DNA from: an uncultured Bacilli bacterium
GTDB taxonomy: Bacteria; Bacillota_I; Bacilli_A; RF39; UBA660
Length of the DNA stretch: 64,000 bases
Direction: 5' to 3'
Assembly: GCA_947631295.1 (NCBI GenBank)
Contig: CANRKU010000003.1
Span: 4,313 to 68,312, forward strand
Below, in pieces: positions 1-10,558 of this stretch. Position 1 is the stretch's first letter, and each line of letters opens with the position of its first letter. The notes below the pieces were generated by a model, which saw only the letters and a program-made list of their open reading frames with translations, was not told the DNA's origin and searched no databases. The position numbers and the translations under genes were made by a program.

Positions 1-823
1 CTTCAGTATCTTCAAATAAACCTAAAGCAAGTCCTGCAAAATAATCAGCTGATGTTTTTTCCCAAAATGGATCAGCATTTCCTGATTTTTCTTCATATAG
101 AATATTAGCAGCCAAATCATCTAATAATTCGATAGCTTTATCAAAATTACCATTTTTATACATCCTATAAGGAAGAGATAATGGATTCCAAGCACTACCT
201 TCTTGCGGATCACGGAAATTTAAAACTAACACTTCATATCCTTTATCACGTAACATATTAGAGGTTTGTTCATAAATCTCACCTTTAGGATCAGTAATAA
301 TCATAGATTCTCTATTTTTAGCTAAAATTTCTACAGTTGGAAAAATAATTGTTTGTGTCTTACCAGAACCAGTAGCACCAATAACTAAGTTATGATATTC
401 ACCATTATCAACCCATACTTGGTTATTTTTCATAAACAAAGGAACCCCACCAGCATTAGACTTATCATCATTAATATTAATCATTTCTACTTTTGATTCT
501 GCTTTTATTTCTTTTTCTTTTGCCCATCTACTGTATCCTTTACTAGATTTCTCTCCAATAGAAAAACCTAAACCACTTTCTCTTTCAAAGAAATAAGATG
601 AAACAGACATAAATATACCTGCTAAAAACAAGAAATAAAAAACTAAAGTTGTAACAATCCTATCAGGCGCTAAAGCAGGAAGCGGATTCAATCCATAAAA
701 ATGACCATTAATAGCAAGTTCAGGAAAATTTAAAATTCCTAAACAAACAATATAAAATAAAAATATGGAAAATATAACAAATATTAATACATCTGTAGCA
801 TCTGCTTTAAATTTCAATTTCAT
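1..823 (-). CDS. Type IV coupling protein (VirD4/TraG-like), N-terminal part; C-terminus lies beyond the window start
   Basis: Minus-strand translation from ATG at 823: MKLKFKADATDVLIFVIF... has two N-terminal TM helices, then the Walker A motif NLVIGATGSGKTQT typical of TraG/VirD4 T4CPs. The ORF is open to position 1. Confidence 0.75.
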   Translation of the reverse strand, partial: MKLKFKADATDVLIFVIFSIFLFYIVCLGILNFPELAINGHFYGLNPLPALAPDRIVTTLVFYFLFLAGIFMSVSSYFFERESGLGFSIGEKSSKGYSRWAKEKEIKAESKVEMININDDKSNAGGVPLFMKNNQVWVDNGEYHNLVIGATGSGKTQTIIFPTVEILAKNRESMIITDPKGEIYEQTSNMLRDKGYEVLVLNFRDPQEGSAWNPLSLPYRMYKNGNFDKAIELLDDLAANILYEEKSGNADPFWEKTSADYFAGLALGLFEDTE

Positions 824-880
824 ATTCCCAACTCCAATACGTCTATATTATATACAAAAAATTTATGAAACACAATAAAC

Positions 881-1660
881 TTAATCACAAAAATTAGCAA
901 TTTCTTTTCTTTTTCCAGATAATTCATATAAAATGGCACATTCTTTTTCAGGTTGTCCAAAATAATTCTGTGTAAATAATATTTCATATTTTTTATCATT
1001 TCTAATATCTAGTATCTTATGAATCTCAAATGATGGTTCATCATATATCTGATCCATAGAAATAACTTTAGATGCTAAAATAGTATTAGTATTATTTTTA
1101 TGAAGGAAAATAATAGAAAAAACTTTATCAGAAATATTATCAACATAATAATTATTGATACAATAAATAGTTTCTAAACCACCATCATTATCCAAATCTA
1201 AATCAACTTTTTGAAAAAGATTAAAATTATCAGTATAAGAAATATCTAAAGAAGCTAATACATTTTGAATAATATAAATATCAGATTCACTCATTTCATT
1301 ATTGTGATCAATTCCTATCACATTTAATTTCAAAGTTCCATTATAGGCAAACAATGGACCAGTATAATCAACTGCCTTAGAAGAAAAATCATATAAATAA
1401 AAACGATTAGAAAATAATAATTTATAAACTCCTTTGTATTCATTATCATCATATACAGTAAATTCTTTTAATTTATAATCTTTACTATCACTTATATTAG
1501 ACCATGTACCATTTTCATATTTAATTTTTACAAAATTACCAGATAAAATATATAAATTATCATATTTATTACGCAAATAATTAGGTAAAAATAAAATAAG
1601 CATCACAACAAAATATAAAATGAATATAGATAAAATAATTTTTACATTTTTATTTTTCAT
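881..1660 (-). CDS. Hypothetical membrane-anchored extracytoplasmic protein (N-terminal TM). A VirB8-like scaffold is possible but unproven
   Basis: 259-aa ORF with a single N-terminal hydrophobic helix (ILSIFILYFVVMLILF). It sits between the T4CP and hydrolase genes. Confidence 0.45.
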   Translation of the reverse strand: MKNKNVKIILSIFILYFVVMLILFLPNYLRNKYDNLYILSGNFVKIKYENGTWSNISDSKDYKLKEFTVYDDNEYKGVYKLLFSNRFYLYDFSSKAVDYTGPLFAYNGTLKLNVIGIDHNNEMSESDIYIIQNVLASLDISYTDNFNLFQKVDLDLDNDGGLETIYCINNYYVDNISDKVFSIIFLHKNNTNTILASKVISMDQIYDEPSFEIHKILDIRNDKKYEILFTQNYFGQPEKECAILYELSGKRKEIANFCD

Positions 1661-1663
1661 ATA

Positions 1664-4159
1664 CTAAACCTTCCTATAATATGCATAACCAACAATAGAA
1701 CCTAAACCATATGTTTCTCCAACCTCAGTTCCCTCAGATCCAGGATCGAGCATATATATCTTATTATTTTCTACTCTATCTACTGCAACCCAATGTCTAC
1801 CATTTTTAACATTTAATATTACATAATAACCTTGATCTACTAAATTAGATATCTCAGAAGGTTGTGCATTTTTAGTAACTCTATTTACAAACTGAAAATC
1901 TGGAGCAATAGAAGAAACTTTATCCCAATAAATATTCCCAATTCGATCAAAACCATTAATAGCTGTCATTCTTTGAGCAAAAGTTCCAGGATTAAATTCT
2001 TCATCGAGTAAAATAGAAGCACCAGATCGCATAATTTGAATACAAACGGAAGTCATTGCACATCCTATTTCACCTACTGTTTTATTTCCTAAAGGCACAT
2101 TGGACCATGCTTTATTATATTGTTTCCAACTAGAAAATTCACCCGCTACTGAAACACCATTACTATAACATAAATTATTACTATACTGACTTTCACTAAC
2201 AGGAACTATAGTACCATCCCAAGTCCCAATATCATAATCAGCTAAATTATATTTGTGAATAACACTAGCAACTTTACTAGCATAACTAGTATCTGTAGCA
2301 TAACCATGATCAACAAGACAATTTAATTGTTCCTCATAAGAGCCATAGACATTACAATTATAAGAGTCAGCTAGCAAACGTGAATGATCACGAGCAGAAT
2401 TTGCAAAAGAATCATAAATACGATACCATTGACAATCTCCACCAGATTTATTACACATAGCTACTACAGAACCATTCCAGAATGCATTACCTTGACAAGA
2501 ATTGCCTCCTTCCCCAGCTTGATAAACAACACCAGAACTATTATCAGGAGAACTAGGCGGTGCACAATTTCCAGCTGTCATTCCATAATAATTAGAATAT
2601 TGAGCACTTAAAGTACTAGAACCATTTCCACTTTCCAAGGCAGCCTGTGCAAGTGTAATTGAAGCAAAAACACCAGTTCTAGTCATCTCTTCTATGGCAA
2701 CAGGAGAAGCATTTTCTAAAAATTGCGTTCTTGATTGACTACTTTCTCCACCACCATAAAATTCTGCTCCTTCATCACTACGGCAAATATAAGAACTAGT
2801 CATAGAACAAGATTGACTAGGTCCTATATCATTATATAAAAGATATATTTCTTCAGCAATTTCTTTGGCTTTTTCTTTCTTTTCTGCCTCATTGCTTGGT
2901 AAATATTCAGCATAATATTCAGGAATAAAACTATTTACCAAATTCCAATAAAAGACAGAATCCTCCATTGTAGATAAATCACCAATACTAAGTTCTGCTT
3001 GTTCACTAGGTAAGTTTCCACATGTAAGTACTTTCTTTTTCCCACCATGATCATCAGGAATTTCTATTTCATAGGGTGCCGGTTGATATAAATGAAATTC
3101 ATAATTTCTCTCTTCATCTGTCTTTTTAGTAAAAAATGCACTAAAACCAGTTAAATCATGTTGTGCTACTAATTCAGGAGTAGAACTATCCAACCCATTA
3201 GAAGAAAAATAAGAAAATGAATTTTCATCATATGAATCGGCATTATCTGCAGTTACTAAAACATCATTTGCAGTACCAGCATCACAACGACCACTATAAC
3301 GAGAAGTTAAATTTTTATTCCAACCATATCTTTTTCTTTTAATCTGCATATTTGCCAATAATTTTACCTGTTTTATCATCTTTTTATAAGGAATATTATT
3401 AGTATCAATTTCTCCACTTTCATCAGGACTTTGTCCTTCCGTCAAGAAATCATCCATAGACATATCAACAGTTAAAGATGCAGTAATTAAGTTAACATCT
3501 ACACATACACGAGTGCTTCTACTAATTTGAGATTGAACTTTTTCTAATTCTTCATAATATTCTTGTTCCCATTCCTGTAAATCTTTTGTAAAAAGACCAA
3601 TAAAGAAATCACCAACATCTGTAAAAAAATTATGTACTGCTGTAACAGGACTAATAACTATAACTAAAATCAAGATAATAAAAAGTAACATTAATAAAAA
3701 ACTACCACCGATAGTAATGAACAAAATCTTATGATTTTTAGCATAAGAGAATATTGCATTAAAATAAGAAACACCATTAGATTCTTCACTATCAGCTTCT
3801 GTAGAATTAGAAGAAGGGACATTGAGTTTAGTAGGTAAAGAAGAACCAGATGATTTCTCATCTTTCTCACTATTTTCTTTTTCTTCTTTTCCATCATCTA
3901 AATCATTCTCCGACTTACCAGTACCAGTTACAGTTTTTTCTTGATTCAATGGATTTGTTTTCTTTCCCATTGCAGGATTAACAGGGTTTAATGCTTTTGA
4001 TCCTGCATTTAATAAGGAATTTCCAACTTTTGTTTTATTAGCAAGATCAACTGCTTTACCAGCAAATGGACCAGCAACTGCATTAGCACCAGCTTTTAAA
4101 CCAGTTGTGGCTGTTTTTTTGGTTGATTCTTGTTCTTTTTGCTTGTTTTCATCATCCAT
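1664..4159 (-). CDS. Bifunctional cell-wall hydrolase of a Gram-positive T4SS (CwlT/TcpG/VirB1-like): glucosaminidase/lysozyme-like domain plus C-terminal CHAP/NlpC-P60-like domain
   Basis: 831 aa with a low-complexity N-terminus and one TM helix. The motif ITLAQAALESGNGSS matches the FlgJ/glucosaminidase AQAALESGWG signature. The C-terminal Cys/His region (GEIGCAMTS ... GRHWVAVD) is consistent with a CHAP/NlpC-P60 peptidase. Confidence 0.7.
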   Translation of the reverse strand: MDDENKQKEQESTKKTATTGLKAGANAVAGPFAGKAVDLANKTKVGNSLLNAGSKALNPVNPAMGKKTNPLNQEKTVTGTGKSENDLDDGKEEKENSEKDEKSSGSSLPTKLNVPSSNSTEADSEESNGVSYFNAIFSYAKNHKILFITIGGSFLLMLLFIILILVIVISPVTAVHNFFTDVGDFFIGLFTKDLQEWEQEYYEELEKVQSQISRSTRVCVDVNLITASLTVDMSMDDFLTEGQSPDESGEIDTNNIPYKKMIKQVKLLANMQIKRKRYGWNKNLTSRYSGRCDAGTANDVLVTADNADSYDENSFSYFSSNGLDSSTPELVAQHDLTGFSAFFTKKTDEERNYEFHLYQPAPYEIEIPDDHGGKKKVLTCGNLPSEQAELSIGDLSTMEDSVFYWNLVNSFIPEYYAEYLPSNEAEKKEKAKEIAEEIYLLYNDIGPSQSCSMTSSYICRSDEGAEFYGGGESSQSRTQFLENASPVAIEEMTRTGVFASITLAQAALESGNGSSTLSAQYSNYYGMTAGNCAPPSSPDNSSGVVYQAGEGGNSCQGNAFWNGSVVAMCNKSGGDCQWYRIYDSFANSARDHSRLLADSYNCNVYGSYEEQLNCLVDHGYATDTSYASKVASVIHKYNLADYDIGTWDGTIVPVSESQYSNNLCYSNGVSVAGEFSSWKQYNKAWSNVPLGNKTVGEIGCAMTSVCIQIMRSGASILLDEEFNPGTFAQRMTAINGFDRIGNIYWDKVSSIAPDFQFVNRVTKNAQPSEISNLVDQGYYVILNVKNGRHWVAVDRVENNKIYMLDPGSEGTEVGETYGLGSIVGYAYYRKV

Positions 4160-4194
4160 ACTGCTAGTCCACCTACCTTTACCTCAAAATAATC

Positions 4195-5982
4195 CTATAA
4201 TCCTCCACCAGAACCAAAAGATTCTAACTCTTCAGGAGTAACGATTACATTAATTCTCATACGTCTATTTCCACAAACAAATAATGCTTCTCCTTGGGAA
4301 TAACGCTTAATACTTTCTTTTTCACTTTCATTTAAATCAATCAAACGGCTTAAATCATCAACAGCCTGTTTTTTAAGTCCCATTACCAAGTAATAAGACG
4401 CATTATCAAAAATTGCCTTACCATGAACAATTACACTAGGAGCTGCAAAATCACTAGGTTGTTGCGTTATAATAATAGAACCAGTATTATATTTACGAGC
4501 ACGACGTTGTACTTGTGCTAAAAACTCTGCACCAAGTGCATTGCTTCCAGAAAGTAATACATGAGCTTCATCTACCATTAAACAAGTATTAATACTTTTA
4601 TCTAAACATAAACCCCAAGCATATTTTAAAATATTAAAAAATAAGGCATTACGAATATTATCAGCTGAATTCATCAACTCTTTAATATTAAATACTATAA
4701 AATCAGTATTTGGATTAACAGTTGTATGACCATCAAAATAATATTTTAATTCTTGTGTCAATGGTCTAATCTTTAGTTCCAATTTTTCCATAATTGCACG
4801 TTCCTGAGTTTGTTCTGTCATTGATAAAAGTCTACCTTTAATAGTTTCATATACATCAGAAAAAGTTGGATAATCATTCGCTTGATAATGATAAAAATTA
4901 CTATTAAAATCAATTCCAAACCTTCTATAAGTATCCTGAACGATTTCACTAAACATCGTAAGAACATCTTCTTCAATAGATGGATCATAATATCTCATAA
5001 AACCTTTTAAAAATTGAAGTGTTCTAGTCAAAACAGTATATCCCAATCCTTCTTTAATTTCATCTTCATCAGCATCAATTACGATCTGTAATGGATTAAC
5101 CATACCATATTCTCCACCTTTACCAAGATCGATAGATTCTCCACCAAAATTAGATGCCATTTCAAAAAGTTCATTTTCTGGATCTATCGCAACAATTTGA
5201 TATCCATTACGAATATGGCTTCTTACCATTAATTTAGCAGCTGTAGATTTACCAGATCCAGAAGTACCTAAAATAACCAAATTTGCATTATTTCGATTAT
5301 TCTCTTTCTTTATTTGATATAAAAATTGGTTAAATAAAATAACTCCTCCTGAAAAATCTACTCCAAGTAGAGTGGATAATCCTGGATCCTTAATACTATC
5401 AAAAATAAAGGGATACATAGCTGCAATAGTTGGTGCAGGAATTGGTGTACCAATTCTCTGTTCTACATCTTGTTTTGGAAAAATAGGAACAATAGATTTT
5501 AATACTTTTTCTTGTTCAAAACGAAGAGCAACGCCTTTCATTTCCATCGCATCTAAATAATTTTTTACATTAATTTTCTTTAAATCTAACTCTTCTCTAG
5601 AATCGGCTGTAATCATAATATGCATCTGATAATCAAAAATTTTAGATTGGCTTCCTGCTAACATAGTAATAAAGGATTCCAAAGATTCATAATCTTGTCG
5701 AATTCTCTCTCTTGCAGTATTATCTCTTTCATCTTGATATCTAGTTTTTAAATCTGCAATTTGTTTATTAATCATTCTAGACATAGTTGAAAAAGGAATA
5801 GGAATATGTTTCGCAACTACTTTAACACCAGACATACTAGTTAATGATGACAAATATCCTGGATAAATATATTTAGGATAGGATACTACTGTTAAAATAG
5901 TTGCATATTTTCCACTGACAACAAAGTCACTTGGATTAAATTGTAGCCCCTTTGGAGCAACCTCGGACTTAAAAATACTCAT
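4195..5982 (-). CDS. VirB4/TraE-like T4SS ATPase (ATPase domain)
   Basis: Walker A LVILGTSGSGKSTAAK and Walker B CLMVDEAHVLL. Size and motif layout match the CagE/TrbE/VirB4 family. Confidence 0.8.
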   Translation of the reverse strand: MSIFKSEVAPKGLQFNPSDFVVSGKYATILTVVSYPKYIYPGYLSSLTSMSGVKVVAKHIPIPFSTMSRMINKQIADLKTRYQDERDNTARERIRQDYESLESFITMLAGSQSKIFDYQMHIMITADSREELDLKKINVKNYLDAMEMKGVALRFEQEKVLKSIVPIFPKQDVEQRIGTPIPAPTIAAMYPFIFDSIKDPGLSTLLGVDFSGGVILFNQFLYQIKKENNRNNANLVILGTSGSGKSTAAKLMVRSHIRNGYQIVAIDPENELFEMASNFGGESIDLGKGGEYGMVNPLQIVIDADEDEIKEGLGYTVLTRTLQFLKGFMRYYDPSIEEDVLTMFSEIVQDTYRRFGIDFNSNFYHYQANDYPTFSDVYETIKGRLLSMTEQTQERAIMEKLELKIRPLTQELKYYFDGHTTVNPNTDFIVFNIKELMNSADNIRNALFFNILKYAWGLCLDKSINTCLMVDEAHVLLSGSNALGAEFLAQVQRRARKYNTGSIIITQQPSDFAAPSVIVHGKAIFDNASYYLVMGLKKQAVDDLSRLIDLNESEKESIKRYSQGEALFVCGNRRMRINVIVTPEELESFGSGGGL

Positions 5983-6524
5983 GCAGGCATCACCGTCCCG
6001 AATGTAGTGGTAGAACCACCATTTAAGAAATTATCTAAAATAATTCTTAAATCTTCATTATTTGTTTGACTAGCAATCAATCCTGCTGTTGATAAACCGC
6101 TAATAAGAGAACGCACTTTCTTTTGAAGAAGATCTACGTTTTTCTCTTTAAATAGTATAAAGTATTCCGTATCAACAACATTATTATTCATAAAGTAATT
6201 TCCTTTCTGAATATCTTGATTCAATAATTTACGAATCTGTGGATTTTGTTGATTTTGATATTGTAACTGTAATTGTGATAAATACACAGATATATCAACA
6301 GGTCTATCAGCAACTACTAACCAAAATTCATAATCAATAGTATTGTAAAAATTTCGAAGTGCAATTAATACATTATTTTGTGCATCATCATCTAAAATGA
6401 AGATATTTCTAGGAGTTACTTTCACTCCAGATACTTTTTCTTGATTAGGTAATATAATCATACCATTAGATATTGATTGAATATTAATCCAATCCTCTGT
6501 CCATTTACTTTGAGTCTGATTCAT
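5979..6524 (-). CDS. Probable N-terminal domain of VirB4, either a separate ORF or a split gene
   Basis: 181-aa soluble ORF whose stop overlaps the VirB4 ATPase start (ATGA overlap). 181+595 aa approximates a full-length Gram-positive VirB4. Confidence 0.4.
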   Translation of the reverse strand: MNQTQSKWTEDWINIQSISNGMIILPNQEKVSGVKVTPRNIFILDDDAQNNVLIALRNFYNTIDYEFWLVVADRPVDISVYLSQLQLQYQNQQNPQIRKLLNQDIQKGNYFMNNNVVDTEYFILFKEKNVDLLQKKVRSLISGLSTAGLIASQTNNEDLRIILDNFLNGGSTTTFGTVMPA

Positions 6525-6822
6525 CTAAAAAACACCAACCCTTCCATACATAACGATTCCTGCTAGTAAAATATTTATAAATTTCTACAAGTAATTGCCT
6601 AATGTTATGGTAATAGGCAACAGGAGTTACTAATAATGCACTAACAATTCCAGGCATAATAGCTAATACTGCTACCCATGTAATTGACATTGGTAAAATC
6701 ATTACCAAAATCAAAGTAGTAGTAATTCCAATTCCAAAAATGGCTAAATCAATGGGCATAAACCACCCAAGTATTAGCTGTCCTCTTTTTGTATTAGCAG
6801 GTATTAAATAATTATTATTCAC
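6505..6822 (-). CDS. VirB3/ConD-like small two-TM T4SS membrane protein
   Basis: 105 aa with two hydrophobic helices, immediately upstream of VirB4 as in ICEBs1 conD-conE. Confidence 0.4.
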   Translation of the reverse strand: MNNNYLIPANTKRGQLILGWFMPIDLAIFGIGITTTLILVMILPMSITWVAVLAIMPGIVSALLVTPVAYYHNIRQLLVEIYKYFTSRNRYVWKGWCFLDESDSK

Positions 6823-6850
6823 TTATATCACACATTCCTTTCTAAATCTT

Positions 6851-8764
6851 TTATGATTTTCCACCACTACCGCTAAATCTATCATTTTGTTCTTTTTTTG
6901 CATTTTCACGTTTAGCAGTAGCAATTTCAATAGATAAATTATCGATTGCACCATTAACAGAATCTCTATTAGTAACATGCAATCCAAGAGCCTCGGCTTC
7001 ACCAATATTAGCAGCTAAAATCTTATCTTGACTAGCTCCACGAATTAAATAATCCTCTTCATTTCCTTTTTGGATTAATCCTTGATATCTTTCTGCATCC
7101 GCCATAGAAATTTCTTGCGCACCATCAGAAGTCATAATAACAAATGATTTTTCACCAGCTGCTGCAGCAGCATTTTTACGTGCCATAAAGTCTTTATAAT
7201 TAATAGATCCTGTAACACCTTCACCCGCAACATCTGTCATTAAAGCATTACCATCTTTATCCAATAGAAAAGCTTGAGTCCAATCTTGTTTTACCATTTC
7301 TCCACTTACACGTGATTTAATAGTTTCAAGAGAACTCTTTTGAGCTTCAAGTGCTGCAATATTCCTTTTTCCTCTATTTGCCGCAGTTTCGCCTCCAACT
7401 AATCCTGATAAAGAAGAACCAGCCCTTCCCAATAAAGTTGATCCCGCAGCACCTGCTGCCAATACTCCAGAATTTCTTTTAGCTAAAGCATCCATTACAG
7501 CTTTTGTATTATGATCCTTTGCATTTACTGCTGCAGATACCCCAGCACCCAAACCACTAGCTGCTCCAAAAAGCCCAGCACCAACATTCTTCATTCCACG
7601 AAGAACATTATGATCCTTACCATTAGCCTCATCAGCAAGATAACTTGCTCTACCTGAAGCAATAGCTGAACCGAGTGCACCAAGACCGAGTGCACCAGCA
7701 GACATAACTTTACTTAACCCTCCAAATAACTTACCATTTTCATTTCTTTTAATTCCCATGGCATCACAAATAAACTTTGGAGCATCTTTAGCGAAGAATA
7801 ATAAACCAATAATAAGAGCTAATATTACTAATCCACCACGAACGCCACTATTACCAAATAGCTCACTAGTTAAATTGCCAATGACATTACTTTGGAATAA
7901 CTCATAAATGACTAAAAATATAAAATAAATACAACCCAATTTAATAAATAATTCTGTCCATACACTAATTACCATTTTTATCCATTTAGAAAAAGCTCCA
8001 TCTTTTGAAGATTTAGGATCAATATAACTAATAATAGGTATGGGAGCAATCAATTGTAATATAATGAGTTTAAAAACACGTACCGCAATATCAATACAAT
8101 ATCCAAGAATAATTAATGTCATTACAATAGCAGTAATCATTCCAACAATTGGTATATACTCATATTTATAGCTATTATTATCACCATCGACAGGTTCATT
8201 TATATAATCCGTTGCCTGAGAAACTGTATGGACCCCCTCTGGTAAATTTTCCCGATTGGTATTAAAAAACACACCATTATAAGTACTAAATGCAATATCA
8301 GAACCCATAGTAGATAAAGATTGACCTAAATTATCACCTGAATTAACATTTTTTTGTAATATTATTCTTGGTAATGCCTCAATAATATGAGGTTGCACAG
8401 TATTTAAGAAATGAAATCCTGTTGGGAAGAAAATTAACATTGCTAAAGCTACAATCACTCTCGTTGACATCTTTCCAACACCACGTTCTTTATCGTTAAT
8501 ACTATCTGGGTTCACTAAATAAGACAACATAGAAATGGTAATTTTAAATAGCATATAAATTGTAATTATGACATATATTCTAGACTGTATTCCTGTATAA
8601 AAAGTACTAAATGCATCGCTTGTACTAACTTGCGCAATATCAAAAACTAATTGCATTACCCAACCGAATAGAGTATAAGCCATAGAATCTAGCCATGAAA
8701 ACATTCCCCTAATAGCGTTCCAAATAAGACCTCTATTATACATAGTAAAAATTAATTTATTCAT
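6851..8764 (-). CDS. VirB6/TrbL-like polytopic membrane protein with a C-terminal Gly/Ala-rich repetitive tail
   Basis: 637 aa. The N-terminal 400 aa carry at least 6 TM helices. The C-terminal 230 aa are Gly/Ala-rich (GALGLGALGSAIASG, GLFGAASGLGAGVSAAV). Position and architecture resemble ConG/TcpH. Confidence 0.5.
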   Translation of the reverse strand: MNKLIFTMYNRGLIWNAIRGMFSWLDSMAYTLFGWVMQLVFDIAQVSTSDAFSTFYTGIQSRIYVIITIYMLFKITISMLSYLVNPDSINDKERGVGKMSTRVIVALAMLIFFPTGFHFLNTVQPHIIEALPRIILQKNVNSGDNLGQSLSTMGSDIAFSTYNGVFFNTNRENLPEGVHTVSQATDYINEPVDGDNNSYKYEYIPIVGMITAIVMTLIILGYCIDIAVRVFKLIILQLIAPIPIISYIDPKSSKDGAFSKWIKMVISVWTELFIKLGCIYFIFLVIYELFQSNVIGNLTSELFGNSGVRGGLVILALIIGLLFFAKDAPKFICDAMGIKRNENGKLFGGLSKVMSAGALGLGALGSAIASGRASYLADEANGKDHNVLRGMKNVGAGLFGAASGLGAGVSAAVNAKDHNTKAVMDALAKRNSGVLAAGAAGSTLLGRAGSSLSGLVGGETAANRGKRNIAALEAQKSSLETIKSRVSGEMVKQDWTQAFLLDKDGNALMTDVAGEGVTGSINYKDFMARKNAAAAAGEKSFVIMTSDGAQEISMADAERYQGLIQKGNEEDYLIRGASQDKILAANIGEAEALGLHVTNRDSVNGAIDNLSIEIATAKRENAKKEQNDRFSGSGGKS

Positions 8765-8768
8765 ATAA

Positions 8769-10127
8769 TCACCATAACCTTATATCACATGCGGAATCAA
8801 ATAATGTATCAACAGAACTTAATATCAACATAATTATAGTTGGAACAAAGAAAATTGCTACAGCTATAACACAACGTTTAATAAATCTTCCTGTAGATTT
8901 TTGTAATTCTTGTTGATCATCTGATAATAATGGTTTAATAAAGTCTACACTACCTAATATAATTAATAGTATTGGAACAGCAATTCGAATCCAAGTTAAA
9001 ACAGTTGATAGATCATTAAGTAAATCAGGTCCTAATAAACCTTGACAAGAAGTATCACTTAGGTTTGTACCCATGTTCATTTCATCAAAATATTGATTAG
9101 TATCAGATATAGAATTTTCAATTTCCGTTTTCTGTTCAGAAAGTTGCTGTAAATCATCCTCTAATTCACTTCTACCAGAAGCAACTGCTTGAGAAACACT
9201 TTCATGAAATGAGTCAAAATAACCTTTTCCTGTTTCAAGAATACGTTTTAATACTCGCTGCAAATCTTGATATTTATCTGCTAAACCATTTTCGCAATTT
9301 GAAACAGAAAATCCATTGGAATCATCTGAAGCAGTAGTCAAATGTAAATTATCTAAATCTGTTAGGAGAGATCCCTGCCAACTTTTTAGGTTTGCCCATG
9401 CTTCTTGCATCGCAGCAGCATCACTATCATCAACAATCTCATTTGCATTTTTACTACCTAATTCTTTCATAGGGCTTAAATAACTTTCATATTCATTTGA
9501 ATACTTAGCACTTATCATATTTAAACTAGTTAAATAAGTACTACATGCCATTGCATCAGATACTTTATTTTTTCCTTTATGAATACCAGCAACTTTTAAA
9601 GTAGAATCTTCATACAGAGGAAGCCCTAAGCCTTTAGTATCAATGCCAATTTTCAAATCGTGACTTTTGTCAAGAAACATAAGTTCTTTACATGATAGTA
9701 CCCCATCTTGTACTAAATAATCTTTAATATCAGATCCAAATGATATTTTTTGATTGAGACCAGATCTATCCCAAGTATAATCAACCGTACTATTAACTAT
9801 TTGCCATTTATCCCCATTAGATGCTATAAAATATAAATTATTATTTTTAGAATCGTACATAAAAGCATAAATACCATTACTATAATATTGACTAATTACA
9901 TCATCCATTTTTCCATTCACATGAACCCCACCTGGTTCATAAAAACAATATTCATATTGATTATCAACAACTATATCTGACTCATCTTTATAAGGCCAAA
10001 CTTTCTCTGCCGCAAATACAGTAGGATTACAAATAAAAAAATAAACAAATACAAAAGTAAAGCAAATAACTTTTTTGAATACAAATAATGATTTCATAAA
10101 AACACTCCTCGTGATACAATAAACCAA
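8769..10127 (-). CDS. Secreted protein with a C-terminal pilin/VirB2-like two-helix hairpin
   Basis: Signal peptide (likely true start at internal MKSLFVF) and a 380-aa extracytoplasmic domain. The C-terminal AVPILLIILGSVDFIKPLLSDDQQELQKSTGRFIKRCVIAVAIFFVPTIIMLILSSV is paralogous to the downstream 113-aa protein. Confidence 0.5.
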   Translation of the reverse strand: MVYCITRSVFMKSLFVFKKVICFTFVFVYFFICNPTVFAAEKVWPYKDESDIVVDNQYEYCFYEPGGVHVNGKMDDVISQYYSNGIYAFMYDSKNNNLYFIASNGDKWQIVNSTVDYTWDRSGLNQKISFGSDIKDYLVQDGVLSCKELMFLDKSHDLKIGIDTKGLGLPLYEDSTLKVAGIHKGKNKVSDAMACSTYLTSLNMISAKYSNEYESYLSPMKELGSKNANEIVDDSDAAAMQEAWANLKSWQGSLLTDLDNLHLTTASDDSNGFSVSNCENGLADKYQDLQRVLKRILETGKGYFDSFHESVSQAVASGRSELEDDLQQLSEQKTEIENSISDTNQYFDEMNMGTNLSDTSCQGLLGPDLLNDLSTVLTWIRIAVPILLIILGSVDFIKPLLSDDQQELQKSTGRFIKRCVIAVAIFFVPTIIMLILSSVDTLFDSACDIRLW

Positions 10128-10140
10128 TATAATTATAGCA

Positions 10141-10174
10141 CAAAAAAAATAATAGCAAAACCTATTTTGCTATT
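10141..10174 (-). terminator. Rho-independent terminator or attenuator after the pilin-like gene
   Basis: Perfect 10-bp inverted repeat aatagcaaaa-cc-tattttgctatt, followed on the minus strand by a T-run (RC of caaaaaaaat). Confidence 0.55.
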
Positions 10175-10191
10175 ATTTTTATTTTTTGTAA

Positions 10192-10533
10192 CTAATCACT
10201 TAAATTGATCCAACAATCTTCCCAACTATAATCACCTGTACTAGTTTCTACGTCAGAACCACTAGTAGAGAACATTCCCATTAACAATGAAACTATGGTA
10301 GTAATAAAGAAAATTGCAATAGCGGCAATAGCACGTTTAATTAATTTACTAGTTGCCCCCTTAATTTCTTTATCATCGCTTGATAAAACAGCCTTACCTA
10401 AATCAATAGATCCCATAATAATTAAAATAATGGGAATACCAATTTGAATAATTGGATAAATACCATATTTTAGAAATCTAAAAACAGGTACCAAATGATC
10501 TGGACAAGTCATAATTTGTATTAAATTATTCAT
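10192..10533 (-). CDS. VirB2/TrbC-like or pilin-like small two-TM protein
   Basis: Likely start at MNNLIQ (ATG 10533). The upstream ATGAGGAGG reads as the SD sequence GAGGAGG. Helix-loop-helix motif IGIPIILIIMGSIDLGKAVLSSDDKEIKGATSKLIKRAIAAIAIFFITTIV. The gene has its own promoter and terminator. Confidence 0.5.
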   Translation of the reverse strand: MNNLIQIMTCPDHLVPVFRFLKYGIYPIIQIGIPIILIIMGSIDLGKAVLSSDDKEIKGATSKLIKRAIAAIAIFFITTIVSLLMGMFSTSGSDVETSTGDYSWEDCWINLSD

Positions 10534-10558
10534 AAACTTCCTCCTCATCTACAAAACA

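Noticed and set aside
2384-2611. Short plus-strand ORFs (2384..2611, 3691..3897, 5372..5560, 15615..15857, 15960..16157, 18381..18608, 19929..20138, 23640..23846) embedded in long minus-strand genes
   Set aside because: They lie antisense or out of frame within strongly supported CDSs and are low-complexity, AT-rich translations with no SD. They are ORF-caller noise.
6823-7005. 60-aa ORF overlapping the 3' end of the VirB6-like gene
   Set aside because: Alternative-frame overlap within a confident 637-aa CDS, with no independent signals.
10534-10548. Listed start MRRKFMNN for the pilin-like gene
   Set aside because: ATGAGGAGG is better read as the SD GAGGAGG for the second ATG (MNNLIQ), with an ideal 7-nt spacing.
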